From Verrucomicrobiota bacterium (GTDB taxonomy: Bacteria; Verrucomicrobiota; Verrucomicrobiia; Opitutales; Coraliomargaritaceae), in contig JBCBZJ010000002.1 in assembly GCA_039815375.1 (NCBI GenBank), positions 1-64,000 on the forward strand: 64,000 nucleotides of DNA, given 5' to 3'. This document shows positions 8,696-19,092 of this stretch, in pieces. Numbering within the stretch: the stretch's first letter is position 1; every line of letters begins with the position of its first letter. The notes under the pieces were generated by a model. The model was given only the letters and a program-made list of their open reading frames with translations, was not told the origin of the DNA and searched no databases. A program made the position numbers and the translations under genes.

Positions 8696-11600
8696 CTACT
8701 CGTTCGGGCTGAGTGATAGAGCAATAAAGAGCTTTTCGGTATTTCCTCCGATGACCTCGGCTTCGAGTTCAACGATTTGAAAGCCAGTTCCGATTTCGAC
8801 GACTTCCTCCGAAAGAGCGATAGTGATGTCTCCATCCGTCTGGCCGGTGGTATACCAGTTGACCAGATCGGTTGACCAACTGCTCTGCGCATTCACTGCA
8901 GCTTGTACGGTGCTGCGGCGGAAGGTTGCGCTTAAGCTATTGTTGGTTGCTCCTACATTCTGAAAGCCAAAGCGATCGCTTGAATCGTTGCGGTCCGTGC
9001 CCTGGAAAATTTCGAGGATGTCGAGGTCACCGTCGCCATCGCTGTCGAGAGTAGCTTCGTCATTGGGCACATCCGGATTAAATCCGTTGGCGAGCTGCCA
9101 CGCATCGGAACCTTGATCGCGATCTTCGACGATCCGAAAGACGTAGACCGCGCCTTGGTCTTCAGAGGTGAAGCCGGAAGCGTTGAGCCCTTCGGCTTGG
9201 TCGACACCGATCAGGGCTGTGTCGCCGGAAACACTTACTGAGAAACCGAAGAAGTCATCCTCTGTTCCGTTGATTGCCGTGAGCTTTTGCTCCTCGGTCC
9301 AATCTGTCCCATCGCGCCGAAACACATACGCGCTTCCGGAAAATTCAGCATCGTCACTATCAAAATTGGCCCCGATGACCGCTAGACTGCCCGACACACT
9401 CACAGAAACCCCGAAGCCGTCACCTCGAACACCATCGCTAGCTGATAACTCCTTTTGCTGGCTCCAGTTGTTCGCTTCCCGCACAAAAACATAAGCGCTA
9501 CCTGTGTTATTTTCTATGCCATTGCCTGCACTGGCTCCGACCAGAGCAGTGTTTTCGCAAATGCTGACAGACCTACCGAAGCCGTCTCCACTTTCACCGT
9601 CGTTGGCAAGTAGCTTTTTTTTCTGACTCCAACTTGCTCCATCTCGGACGAAAACATAGGCACTTCCAGATCCAGAATCGCTATCGTTGTCTCCCGGAGC
9701 GCCGATCAGAGCCGTGTCGTTATCAATACTTACCGAGAAGCCGAAGTCATCCCCCTGATCGCCATCGTCCGCGATTAGCTTTTGCTGTGCGCTCCAACTC
9801 GTTCCGTCACGCAGGAAGACATAAGCGCTACCTGACCGACTTCCATGATTCTCGTCTTTAGGTGCCGCAATGAGAGCAGTCGCTCCTGAAACACTGACCG
9901 AGAATCCGAAAAGAGCTTCTTCTTCGGCGTCATTAGCTGTGAGCTTCTGCTCCTGTGTCCAGACTGTCCCTATTCGCGCGAAAGCATAAGCGCTTCCGGA
10001 GTTGTCTTTACCGTCGTCGTCGAGGTGGGCGCCAACCAATGCAATATTTCCCGAAACGCTTACGGAAACGCCAAATCGATCCCCCGCAGCGCCGTCGCTG
10101 GCAATCAATTTTGCCTGTTGATTCCATTCGTTCCCTGTTCGCTCGAAAACATAAGCGCATCCGGAGTCCGAGCCCGCTTCATTGTCCCCCGGAACGCCGA
10201 TCAAGGCCGTGTCGCCGTCAAGGCTGACGGAAAATCCAAATTGATCGTCTTCGGCGTTATCACCCGAAATAAATTTCTCATCCTGACTCCAACTGGTTCC
10301 GTCCCGAATGAGGATGTAGGCGCTGCCCGCATTGTTGTGACCGTCATCATCTCTGGGCGCACCAATCATGGCGGTATCTCCTGAGACGCTGACCGAAGAA
10401 CCGAATCGATCGCCGGCTGACGTGTCATCAGCGATCAGTTTTTGCTCTTCGCTCCAGTTGGTCCCGCTGCGCACAAAAACATACGCGCTGCCCGTGGACG
10501 TGCCGAGGTCGTCGTCTCGGGGAGCGCCGACTAGCGCGATTTCTTCGGACACACTGACCGACCAGCCAAAGCGGTCATCTTCCGCACCGTCGTCTGCGGT
10601 CAGTTTTTGCTGTTCACTCCAGTTCACTCCCTCGCGAACGAAGACATAGGCGCTACCGGAATCGCTGCCTTTGGCGTCGTCTTGGTAGGCTCCGATGAGC
10701 GCCGTATTCTCCGAGAGGCTAACGGCATAACCGAAGCGATCATTTGGCGCAGCGTCAATGGCCGTCAGCTTATGTTGTTCGCTCCAAGTCGTCCCGGTCC
10801 GAACAAAGACGTAGGCACTGCCAGATTCCGAACCATTAGCATCGTCCTGGTAGGCGCCGATCAGAGCGGTATCACTTGACAGGCTCACGGCATGACCAAA
10901 GCGAGCATCTGCCGCAGCGTTGGTTACGGTGAGTTTTTGCTGTTCGCTCCAACTGGAGCCGCTTCGCGCAAACACATAAGCGCTACCGGAACCATCCCCC
11001 CGTGCGCCGACCAAGGCGGTCTCCCCGGAAATGCTGACGGAAATTCCAAATTCGTCGCCTTCGGCTGCATCGTTGGCAGTGAGCTTTTGCTGCTCGCTCC
11101 AAACTTCGCCGTTGCGCACGAAAATGTAGGCGCTCCCTGAGCTGGAGCCGCCGTCGTCGTTTCGATCTGCCCCGATTAAAGCAGTATTTCCGGAAACGCT
11201 TACGGAAATTCCAAAACGGTCGAAACTAGCGCCATCACTCGCTCGTAGCTTTTGTTCAAAGCTCCAGTTTCCGCCATTGCGCACAAAAACGTATGCGGCT
11301 CCAGAGGACGAGCCGTTGTCATCGTCGTTTAATGCTCCGACCAGGGCAATGTCGCCCGCGACACTGACCGATAAACCAAACTCGTCGCTTGGGCCACCGT
11401 CCCCCGTTACCTCGGGGCCCAGCTTTTGTTCCAGAGACGCAATAAGGGGGTCGATTGTAATCGGGTAAACTGCGCCGCTATCTGCCACGAGTATTTCCAA
11501 GCCCTCTGTAGTCGGTTGCATCGCGCTTTCCAGAATCTGTCCGTTTGCATCCCAAGCCATCAGCCCTGTGTAGGAGAGCACTGGCTCACCAGCAGCGTTT

Positions 11601-12313
11601 ATAAACTGAAAGCCGGAGGAGTCCGAATCGTTGGATTCTAATTGCTCTACCGTCAGACCGGTGACCGAGACGGGCAAACGCATTTGCGTATCATTGCTTT
11701 CTATCGGTCGTCCTTCAAGTACCCAGCCTTGACGGAAACCTTCCGGCCGATTCTCGATCCATTCAACGATTCCGTTGTAATGGTATTCGAGCACGGTTCC
11801 TTCGTGACGGATTTCATGAGGAATCAATCCCGATAGCGAGAGTGCGCCCGTCCATTCGCGGCCCGCGTAGCCAGAGCTAAACTGCACGCCATCGTCCATG
11901 AAACGTGCGACCACCTCCTGGCCGGGATTTTGGGCAAAGAAATAAGCTCCGGCATTTTCCGCTAATTCGCGCTGCCGATCAGTCAGTGGATAAATTGTGC
12001 GACGCGCTTCGGAAAATGCATACCAGAGTGATTCCCGCTCGGACTTTGGTAATGGGTTTGGGCTATCGGCTACAATTGAAAGTGAACCCTCAAGCAGAGT
12101 AGGGAGATGTTTAGATTCTCGAGGTATCCCATGTAATCCATTTGCCTGTTGGATACTGACTTTCGATGAAATATGCTGATCACTGAGGAGCACAGGAGAC
12201 TTTTGGATCGGACCGTTTTCTGTGCCGCCTCGTGCGAGAAGTCGATCAATTAGAAAAAGACTTGAGATCGATATGACGACGGCAAAAGCCAGAATCCAAA
12301 AATGTGCTTTCAT
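8696..12313 (-). CDS. Large secreted FG-GAP (integrin alpha-like) repeat protein, 14 repeats
   Basis: 14 counted copies of FG.SVS.SG.TALVGA..DD.G..SGSAYVF.R.G..W.EQQKL; N-terminal hydrophobic anchor; C-terminal DSDGDG...STDLVNW domain. Confidence 0.92.
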   Translation of the reverse strand: MKAHFWILAFAVVISISSLFLIDRLLARGGTENGPIQKSPVLLSDQHISSKVSIQQANGLHGIPRESKHLPTLLEGSLSIVADSPNPLPKSERESLWYAFSEARRTIYPLTDRQRELAENAGAYFFAQNPGQEVVARFMDDGVQFSSGYAGREWTGALSLSGLIPHEIRHEGTVLEYHYNGIVEWIENRPEGFRQGWVLEGRPIESNDTQMRLPVSVTGLTVEQLESNDSDSSGFQFINAAGEPVLSYTGLMAWDANGQILESAMQPTTEGLEILVADSGAVYPITIDPLIASLEQKLGPEVTGDGGPSDEFGLSVSVAGDIALVGALNDDDNGSSSGAAYVFVRNGGNWSFEQKLRASDGASFDRFGISVSVSGNTALIGADRNDDGGSSSGSAYIFVRNGEVWSEQQKLTANDAAEGDEFGISVSISGETALVGARGDGSGSAYVFARSGSSWSEQQKLTVTNAAADARFGHAVSLSSDTALIGAYQDDANGSESGSAYVFVRTGTTWSEQHKLTAIDAAPNDRFGYAVSLSENTALIGAYQDDAKGSDSGSAYVFVREGVNWSEQQKLTADDGAEDDRFGWSVSVSEEIALVGAPRDDDLGTSTGSAYVFVRSGTNWSEEQKLIADDTSAGDRFGSSVSVSGDTAMIGAPRDDDGHNNAGSAYILIRDGTSWSQDEKFISGDNAEDDQFGFSVSLDGDTALIGVPGDNEAGSDSGCAYVFERTGNEWNQQAKLIASDGAAGDRFGVSVSVSGNIALVGAHLDDDGKDNSGSAYAFARIGTVWTQEQKLTANDAEEEALFGFSVSVSGATALIAAPKDENHGSRSGSAYVFLRDGTSWSAQQKLIADDGDQGDDFGFSVSIDNDTALIGAPGDNDSDSGSGSAYVFVRDGASWSQKKKLLANDGESGDGFGRSVSICENTALVGASAGNGIENNTGSAYVFVREANNWSQQKELSASDGVRGDGFGVSVSVSGSLAVIGANFDSDDAEFSGSAYVFRRDGTDWTEEQKLTAINGTEDDFFGFSVSVSGDTALIGVDQAEGLNASGFTSEDQGAVYVFRIVEDRDQGSDAWQLANGFNPDVPNDEATLDSDGDGDLDILEIFQGTDRNDSSDRFGFQNVGATNNSLSATFRRSTVQAAVNAQSSWSTDLVNWYTTGQTDGDITIALSEEVVEIGTGFQIVELEAEVIGGNTEKLFIALSLSPNE

Positions 12314-12408
12314 CTGAGCTGGGGTTGTCTCTCAGGCCAAAGGTAAATCGACGACGGTGCCGATCTTGGAAGGCCGTCCATCAGCTCTGGAAACCAGCGA
12401 TTCATTGA

Positions 12409-14058
12409 CTATCTTCTTTTCCGACGGAATAGGGCAATGAGGCTTAGCAGACTCATTAACAACACGGTGTTGGATGGTTCGGGAACGGCGCCGAATTCAA
12501 ACGCGCCAATATCTGATTGGCTTCCGGCGGGTCGAAGAAATCCGCGCTGATCGGTGGCTTGATTCGACGATCCGGAATCAATGGCGTCGCTGGATGCGCC
12601 GAGTGCATGGGTAAAGGTCGCGCCTCCGTTATCGGCGAGGGCTTGCAGGTCTGGTGAGCCGTTCAGTTGATCGGTTAGCGTAGATCCCACAATACTGCCG
12701 CCATCGTCGTCGAAGAGGTTGAATCCGCTCGAGTCGACGGATCCGCCAATTGAATTCAACACACCTGAATTTCGATTCTCGCTAAAGATTGTGTTTGAAG
12801 CGGTAAAGGTGCTCCCGGAGTCTGTGCTAAAGCGTATGCCTGCACCTCCAGCTCCGGAGTTATTGAAAGCGATGGTGCTGCTCTCGACTGTAGCACTGGC
12901 GCCAGTGGACACAACGATACCGCCGCCGCCTCCACTTGCTTCGTTTCCACTAACCGTACTATTCTCCACGGTTAGTTGATCCCCGCGGGTGGCGTTGATT
13001 CCTCCACCTTCTCCGTCCGTCGCTTCATTTCCGCTTATGGTTGATTCTATGACTGTGACGTTACCTTCGTCGGAACGAATACCGCCGCCGGCTTCTGCTG
13101 AATTCCCGCTGATTGTCGTTCGCTCTACGGTCACGCTGGAACCACTATTCTGGATCTGAATGGCACCACCATTTCCCTCGGAAGTATTCTCATTGACCTC
13201 GCTATTGGTAATGATCACCTGTGCGCCCCCGGAAATGGTTAGACCGCCTCCGTCTTCGCTGACACCCTGGGCCTCGTTCTGGTTGATTGTGCTGTTTTCG
13301 ATGTCCACGGTTGTCGTTGAATTGTTGATGCGGATACCACCGCCAGCGACTTCGCCGACGTTGTTATCGATATTCGAATTTCGAATTGTTGCGTTGCTTC
13401 CGCTTGAAAACGAAAGTGCGCCACCGATACCCGCTCCACCTGGAGCCCCGGTCGGGGCGATGGCAGTGTTTCCAGTCAGTTGACTATTCACGATATCAAT
13501 GGTTGTTCCGGAGGCCGAAATAGCACCTCCCTGAAGGCCCCGGTTCCCAGAAAAGGTCGAGTCTTGTATGAGAACGGAACCACCGCTCGAGAAAAAGGCA
13601 CCGCCCGTGAAACCGGTGTTGTCGATAAAGCTACTGCCAAAAATATTCAGGTTGCCGCTCTGGGTTCGGATCGCTCCACCGCTACTGCTTCCTTCGAAGA
13701 AATTTTGAACAGTGAAATTCGAAAGGCTCAGACTGCCGCCAGACTCGACGAAGAAGCCTCGTCCACCCGCGCTTGCACCATCGAAGGTGACCCCGAAACC
13801 ATTGCTGTTGATCGAAATATCACTGGTGATGGTGGGAAGGACACTTGAGAAATTCACCGTTCCACTGATTTGGAAGTTAATTTGATCGGCGCCAGCGGAT
13901 GACTCAGCCTGTGTGATTGCGTCACGTAAGGAGCCCGCGCCGCTATCGAGCAGGTTAGTGACATTGATCGCGTTGGCAGAAACTGGTACCGTTATGAGCG
14001 TTGCGATTCTTCCGAAGAGCAGGAGAGTGTTGGCGTTCAGTGTTCTTCTTTGGGTCAT
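12409..14058 (-). CDS. PEP-CTERM beta-helix / choice-of-anchor Q protein, paralog of 3508-5178
   Basis: DSGAGSLRDAI, LADNGG.T.THAL, TDQRGFLRPAG.Q.DIGAFEFGAVPEP shared with 3508-5178. Confidence 0.9.
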   Translation of the reverse strand: MTQRRTLNANTLLLFGRIATLITVPVSANAINVTNLLDSGAGSLRDAITQAESSAGADQINFQISGTVNFSSVLPTITSDISINSNGFGVTFDGASAGGRGFFVESGGSLSLSNFTVQNFFEGSSSGGAIRTQSGNLNIFGSSFIDNTGFTGGAFFSSGGSVLIQDSTFSGNRGLQGGAISASGTTIDIVNSQLTGNTAIAPTGAPGGAGIGGALSFSSGSNATIRNSNIDNNVGEVAGGGIRINNSTTTVDIENSTINQNEAQGVSEDGGGLTISGGAQVIITNSEVNENTSEGNGGAIQIQNSGSSVTVERTTISGNSAEAGGGIRSDEGNVTVIESTISGNEATDGEGGGINATRGDQLTVENSTVSGNEASGGGGGIVVSTGASATVESSTIAFNNSGAGGAGIRFSTDSGSTFTASNTIFSENRNSGVLNSIGGSVDSSGFNLFDDDGGSIVGSTLTDQLNGSPDLQALADNGGATFTHALGASSDAIDSGSSNQATDQRGFLRPAGSQSDIGAFEFGAVPEPSNTVLLMSLLSLIALFRRKRR

Positions 14059-14323
14059 TTTAGGTCGGTTGCGTGGTTTGTGTTAATTTCAGCTTAGCCG
14101 AATTGAAAATTTGTGAAGCGGACTGATTTATAGTTTTGGAGATATTGAGCTGCTGGCTCGTGCACTTCCTATCTTTAAGCTGCGTTCCGCGTGGTGAATC
14201 ACGGTGCATTTATTTTTCCTAAGTCTGGTTGGTGATTGTTGACGGACTTCTGCACGATGCCGAAGTCCGTTGTTCACGGATCTTTCAATCATCGAAAATG
14301 AAAATGGAGCGAAGAGTTTCTGC

Positions 14324-14355
14324 AATTAAAAAAACCGAATTCGGTTTTTTTAATT
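14324..14355. promoter_or_regulatory. Perfect 32-bp palindrome, probable TetR operator
   Basis: AATTAAAAAAACCGAA|TTCGGTTTTTTTAATT, 43 bp upstream of tetR in a divergent intergenic region. Confidence 0.6.
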
Positions 14356-14398
14356 TTTCTTAACAAGGCTTCAAGATTGTCTTTCGATCTCTCGGAAT

Positions 14399-15019
14399 AT
14401 GAGTCTCGAAGACAAAAAAGGCAGGAGCCATACCCCGAAGGGAAAAGACAGCAAAGGGAAGATTCTCGATATGGCGGAGAAGGTCTTTGCCCAGAAGGGC
14501 TTCGCCGCCGCCAGTATCAGCGACGTTGTTGGCAAGCTTGGGATCTCAGCTGGAGCGCTCTACCATCACTTTCCGAGCAAGAAGGATTTGTTGGGGGGAA
14601 TCGCCAAACGCAGCATGCGGCGCATGGGGGAACTGATGGATGACTGGCTGGATGATGAAAGTATAAGCCCGGGAGAGAAGATGGATCTATTTCTTAAAGC
14701 TGTCGACGAGCGCCGCCAGTTGAAGAAGAAGCTCTTCCGAATCGATCTTGGGACTGTTAGCGAGGACGGTGATGTTCACGAGATGGTAATTCAAGCCGGG
14801 CTCGAACCAATAGGTGAGCGCCTGACTCGGATGATCGGACTTGGGAATGCGACGGGTGAGTTTCAGGTGGAGTATCCCCGCGCGACCGCAATCTTCATGT
14901 TTTTAATGCTCGCTGACTTTATGCACCGCTCCAAGCGGCTCGAGGAAGTCGCTCCGGTGGAGCAGCTCGATCGCGCGATGCACGATGCCATGAATCAGCT
15001 CCTGCGGCGGAAAAGTTAG
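14399..15019 (+). CDS. TetR/AcrR family transcriptional regulator
   Basis: ILDMAEKVFAQKGF...SISDV...LGISAGALYHHFPSKKDL HTH. Confidence 0.93.
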   Translation: MSLEDKKGRSHTPKGKDSKGKILDMAEKVFAQKGFAAASISDVVGKLGISAGALYHHFPSKKDLLGGIAKRSMRRMGELMDDWLDDESISPGEKMDLFLKAVDERRQLKKKLFRIDLGTVSEDGDVHEMVIQAGLEPIGERLTRMIGLGNATGEFQVEYPRATAIFMFLMLADFMHRSKRLEEVAPVEQLDRAMHDAMNQLLRRKS

Positions 15020-15092
15020 GCTATGGAGCTGCCGATTCTTAATTTATGATGTTGTTTTTTGCGTTTCTCAGATTCTTCGAGAGAATAAAGTC

Positions 15093-15620
15093 ATGATTCG
15101 CAAAAATGCTCTTTGGATTTCATTTGGCCTAGCCGCCCTGGTGGGAGTTTCCGAGGCCAACATCAACTGGGCGTGGAGCTGGATTGGGATCGCTGGAACC
15201 GAAGCGGGCTTTTTTGAGACGGACGGTGATTTGAGCGGAGGCAATGCTCCGGCAGGAACTTACACGTTTGTTGATTTTTTAGTGACGGAGTCCGCCAACG
15301 GTTCTCCGTTGGGCTCGGTTAGCGGAGGGCAGTATTCTATCGGGCAGCCAAGTGCGGGATTTGTTTGGGATGGTTCTTCAGCAACGCAGTGGTTTCGTAG
15401 TAGCGGTAGTCGGACCAATGGTGCCAATCTTTCCATAGAAGTTGATACCACTTTCTTCTATGCTTTCAGCGTGGGCTTATATGAATTGAGAGACGCTCTT
15501 TTTCAGGACCCGATCGACAGTGGGTTGACTCTCACGCTGGCGCCGGTTCCTGAACCGAGTAGCTATGTCGCTATCTTCGGTGTGATTGCACTTGGATTTG
15601 TCGCTCTTCGTCGACGATAG
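15093..15620 (+). CDS. PEP-CTERM surface protein
   Basis: Signal peptide; C-terminal VPEPSSYVAIFGVIALGFVALRRR. Confidence 0.9.
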   Translation: MIRKNALWISFGLAALVGVSEANINWAWSWIGIAGTEAGFFETDGDLSGGNAPAGTYTFVDFLVTESANGSPLGSVSGGQYSIGQPSAGFVWDGSSATQWFRSSGSRTNGANLSIEVDTTFFYAFSVGLYELRDALFQDPIDSGLTLTLAPVPEPSSYVAIFGVIALGFVALRRR

Positions 15621-15784
15621 TCCCGCAATCATTTTTTTGGGTTTTGGAATACTGGACCCTAAAACACCTTCGGTAGGCTCACGTCAGGATAGTTTCGAGG
15701 CCGCGAATACCCTTCGGAGGCAATGGCCCGAATCAGCTTGTAATGCTCGCCTCTGCGGAGCGATTGCTTTTGGTGGATTCTTTA

Positions 15785-16501
15785 ATGGAAAAACCGACGT
15801 CTAATCCGGGGGCTTCTTTACTCACAAGAAAGCCCTGTGCTCTGCAAGTATCTGACCTGCGCAAGTCCTACGGTGCGGTTGAGGTGCTCCACGGGGTGAA
15901 CCTTGAGGTGAGCTCTGGCGAGCGGGTCGCACTCATGGGCCGGAGCGGGAGCGGTAAATCCACTCTACTGAATTGTATATGCGGGATTGAACCTTTTGGG
16001 GCGGGAGAGATTCACGTGAGTGGTGAACCGCTCAGTCAGATGGAAGGCGAGCAGTTGGAATACATGCGGCGTGCACGCATCGGTTATGTCTTTCAGAGTT
16101 ACCACTTGTTGCCGACGCTCACGGCTTTGGAGAACGTTGAGTTTCCGGGACAGTTGGTTCAGGTCGCGGCGAAGGAACGGATCGAGCGTGCGCATCGCTT
16201 GCTCGAGATGGTAGGAATGGTTCATCGAAAAGATCACCGACCCGATGCGCTTAGTGGTGGCGAGCGCCAACGTGTTGCGCTTGCTCGTGCAGTCATGAAT
16301 CGCCCACACCTTATTTTGGCTGACGAGCCAACAGGAAGTTTGGACTCGATCAGTGGTGACCTGGTGTTGGATTTGATTGAGCAAGTCTCTATCGAAGAAG
16401 GCATCGCGGTGCTCCTGGTTACGCACGACCGCAACACAGCCCGAATTTGCGATCGTGTCGTCCGCATGCAGGATGGCAGAATTATGGGAGATGACGCATG
16501 A
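15785..16501 (+). CDS. ABC transporter ATP-binding protein (LolD/MacB/AttE-like)
   Basis: [31 protein letters not shown] overlap with the next gene; ATG 15785 preferred. Confidence 0.93.
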   Translation: MEKPTSNPGASLLTRKPCALQVSDLRKSYGAVEVLHGVNLEVSSGERVALMGRSGSGKSTLLNCICGIEPFGAGEIHVSGEPLSQMEGEQLEYMRRARIGYVFQSYHLLPTLTALENVEFPGQLVQVAAKERIERAHRLLEMVGMVHRKDHRPDALSGGERQRVALARAVMNRPHLILADEPTGSLDSISGDLVLDLIEQVSIEEGIAVLLVTHDRNTARICDRVVRMQDGRIMGDDA

Positions 16502-19092
16502 CTCTCCGCGCGCCGCAACAAGACAGGCGAATCGCATGGGTTTTGCTCCGTCGCTCCACGCTGCGGCACTGGCTCGAATCGAAATGGAGCTACTTGCTTA
16601 TCATTGCGATCGTCGCGATCGGAGTTGGTTCGCTAAATGGGATCCGGCAAGCCAGCCGTGCAGCCACGGCAAATTTTGGTCTTTTCAACGAAGCAGTATC
16701 CGGGCGGAGCGAGTTTCTGATCGAGGCACCGGTTGGATCGATTCAGGAAAAGCAGCTCTTCGAACTTTCGGCAGTCAGCCGGTCTGTGGATTGGCATCTG
16801 TTTCCAGTTATTGAGGGCCCGCTAACCCAACTTAACTCCAGCGGTATACCCGAGCGACAGCTGCGTTTGATTGGTCTGGATCTGATCTCGGTCGCAAATC
16901 TTCCGAACTTTATCGAACAGGATTTTTCCATCGGTGAGGACCAGAGCGAATGGTATGAGTGGGTCGGGGTCTCCAACAAAGTTTGGGTGAGTCATGATTT
17001 TCTTGATGTTTCGGGTCTTCGTGTTGGCGAGGAATTTACTGCTTCGGTTGCCGGTCGAGTCCATCAAATCGTGATTGCAGGTGCTTTGGGTGCTGATGAT
17101 GCAGCGCTGCCTGCGGATCTTGTCATTGCCGACCTGCCAGCGGTGCAGCAGCTTCTTGCTCGAGCGAGCGAGATCGACCGTGTTGAGGTGATCGCTAACG
17201 ACCGTGCGATTGCATCCAATCCGAAGGCGCTGTCTTTGCTGGAGCGGGAGATTCGTTCGGAATTGCCTGAAGGTCTCCTGCTGCGCGCTTCGGCTGAGCG
17301 TGCGGCTGATCGTGCGGGTATGACTGAGGCGTTTAGATTAAACCTCATGATCCTCTCTCTAATCGCGATGCTGGTGGGCGCATACCTGATCCTTCAGGCC
17401 CTTGACGCAGCCGTCGTTCGTCGTCGTAACGAGATCGCGACGCTCAAGAGTCTTGGCGTGAGTGGGCGTTCGATTTTGATCTGCCTCCTGTTTGAAGCGG
17501 GGTTGATCGGCATGCTTGGGTCTGTCGCTGGTATCGGTGTCGGTATGCTACTGGCTGCTGGAGCGGTGCATGTGTTGGCAGATACGGTCAATGCGCTCTA
17601 TTTCGCCACGTCGGTTGAATCGATTCGGTTGACTGCCGGGGATGTTTTTATTGGCGCAGGAATTGGTTTTTTCTTCAGCCTCATAGCTGGATGGCTTCCG
17701 GCTCGAGATGCGATGTTCACGCCTCCGGCGCAAGTTCTTGCCCGGGGAGATTGGTCGCCGGGCTTTAGCTGGTTGCGCTCGCCTTTGGTTGGGATAGCCG
17801 CACTCGTGCTCGGGTGCTTATCCCTATTTCTGCCGACACCAGTGATGGAAGGAGGCTCTCGGCTGCCTTTGGGCGGGTTTATCGCCGCTGGTCTTTGGAT
17901 CTTCGGGGCGGCTCTGCTCTCTGGCGCAGTGCTTGTCGGGCTAAGTCGGTTGCTTGCCCATGTTTCAGGTGGGGCGATCTTTCGTCTTGCCTTGAGCCGC
18001 CTTGCTGACGGTTCAAGCCGACATCGCCTGGCGGTTGCCGGTTTAGTGGTTGCGGTTGGAATGGTAACCGGGATGTTGCAAATGGTGGGGAGCTTTCGAG
18101 GAACGATTGAGCGTTGGTTCGATGTTCGTTTTCAGGCAGAGCTCTATGTCTCTGAACGTGGTGCGGGTGGTGCCGCTGGGATCAATGGAATTCAGCCGGA
18201 GATTATTGAGGAACTCACTCGCAATCCTGCTGTTGAGTATGCGGATACACTCTACGTAAGTTATGTCGGTGCGCCTCGTGGAAAGACGGTCTTAGCGGGG
18301 GTGAATTTTGATGCCTGGTCCGAAAAAATCGACCAGATCTGGCATACGATGCCGGGTCAGTTGGATAGGTTCGCGGGTGCGGAGCCAGCCTTGGTCAGCG
18401 AAACATTTGCCAGACGTTTTGGAGTGCTTGAGGGAGGTGTCGTTGAATTGGAAACGCCGGCAGGAATGAAGCGCGTTAGCCCAGTGGGTATTTATTCTGA
18501 CTACGGTAATGAATTTGGTGCTGCAGCCGTCGATCTAAAGGTCTGGCGTGATTGGACCGGTAGCGAGCGCCCGATTAACACGAGCCTCTTTCTGGAAAAA
18601 TCGGCTGATGTGAATGCTGTGCGTGACGCACTTCGGCTGGAGTTTCCGGGATTGGATATTCGAAATGCGAAAGAGCTACGTGCGGTTGCGCTGGGGGTTT
18701 TCAACCAGACCTTTCGAGTGACTTCCGCACTCAACGGGATCGGTATCACCGTTGCGATGGCGGGGCTGGTCCTTGGCTTACTCGCAATTTTTGCAGAATC
18801 ATCCTCGACTTGGCAGACCTTGCGCCATCTGGGATTCCCGGCTCGCGGGTTTATCTGGACTGCGGGTCTGGAGGGTGCAGGGATTGCGTTGAGTGCTTGG
18901 ATCAGCGGGACTTTGGTCGGTTTGGCATTGGGCTGGTTGTTGATTTATGTGATTAACGTTCAGTCCTTTGGTTGGACGCTGGTTTGGGAGTTGCCGTTTG
19001 GAGCGATGGTTCTGTTCGGTTTTGTCATGGTAATATGTGGACTGCTCAGTGGGCTTTCTTCGGGGGCGTGGTGGCACGCGCGAGCGCGATGA
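16498..19092 (+). CDS. FtsX/MacB-family ABC permease (AttF/G-like, duplicated halves)
   Basis: 864 aa, two sets of TM clusters; [12 protein letters not shown]tsX motif; [13 protein letters not shown]-terminal motif. Confidence 0.88.
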   Translation: MTLRAPQQDRRIAWVLLRRSTLRHWLESKWSYLLIIAIVAIGVGSLNGIRQASRAATANFGLFNEAVSGRSEFLIEAPVGSIQEKQLFELSAVSRSVDWHLFPVIEGPLTQLNSSGIPERQLRLIGLDLISVANLPNFIEQDFSIGEDQSEWYEWVGVSNKVWVSHDFLDVSGLRVGEEFTASVAGRVHQIVIAGALGADDAALPADLVIADLPAVQQLLARASEIDRVEVIANDRAIASNPKALSLLEREIRSELPEGLLLRASAERAADRAGMTEAFRLNLMILSLIAMLVGAYLILQALDAAVVRRRNEIATLKSLGVSGRSILICLLFEAGLIGMLGSVAGIGVGMLLAAGAVHVLADTVNALYFATSVESIRLTAGDVFIGAGIGFFFSLIAGWLPARDAMFTPPAQVLARGDWSPGFSWLRSPLVGIAALVLGCLSLFLPTPVMEGGSRLPLGGFIAAGLWIFGAALLSGAVLVGLSRLLAHVSGGAIFRLALSRLADGSSRHRLAVAGLVVAVGMVTGMLQMVGSFRGTIERWFDVRFQAELYVSERGAGGAAGINGIQPEIIEELTRNPAVEYADTLYVSYVGAPRGKTVLAGVNFDAWSEKIDQIWHTMPGQLDRFAGAEPALVSETFARRFGVLEGGVVELETPAGMKRVSPVGIYSDYGNEFGAAAVDLKVWRDWTGSERPINTSLFLEKSADVNAVRDALRLEFPGLDIRNAKELRAVALGVFNQTFRVTSALNGIGITVAMAGLVLGLLAIFAESSSTWQTLRHLGFPARGFIWTAGLEGAGIALSAWISGTLVGLALGWLLIYVINVQSFGWTLVWELPFGAMVLFGFVMVICGLLSGLSSGAWWHARAR

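Noticed and set aside
14190..14210. Possible third OmpR-type box upstream of 12409-14058 (minus strand TGCACCGTGATTCACC)
   Set aside because: Half-site spacing is 10 rather than 11, and the TTTACCTT and TGCTA elements are missing
15672..15722. Degenerate REP-like sequence (GTTTCGAGGCCGCGA, TTCGGAGGC)
   Set aside because: Only short matches; no intact GTAG plus hairpin unit
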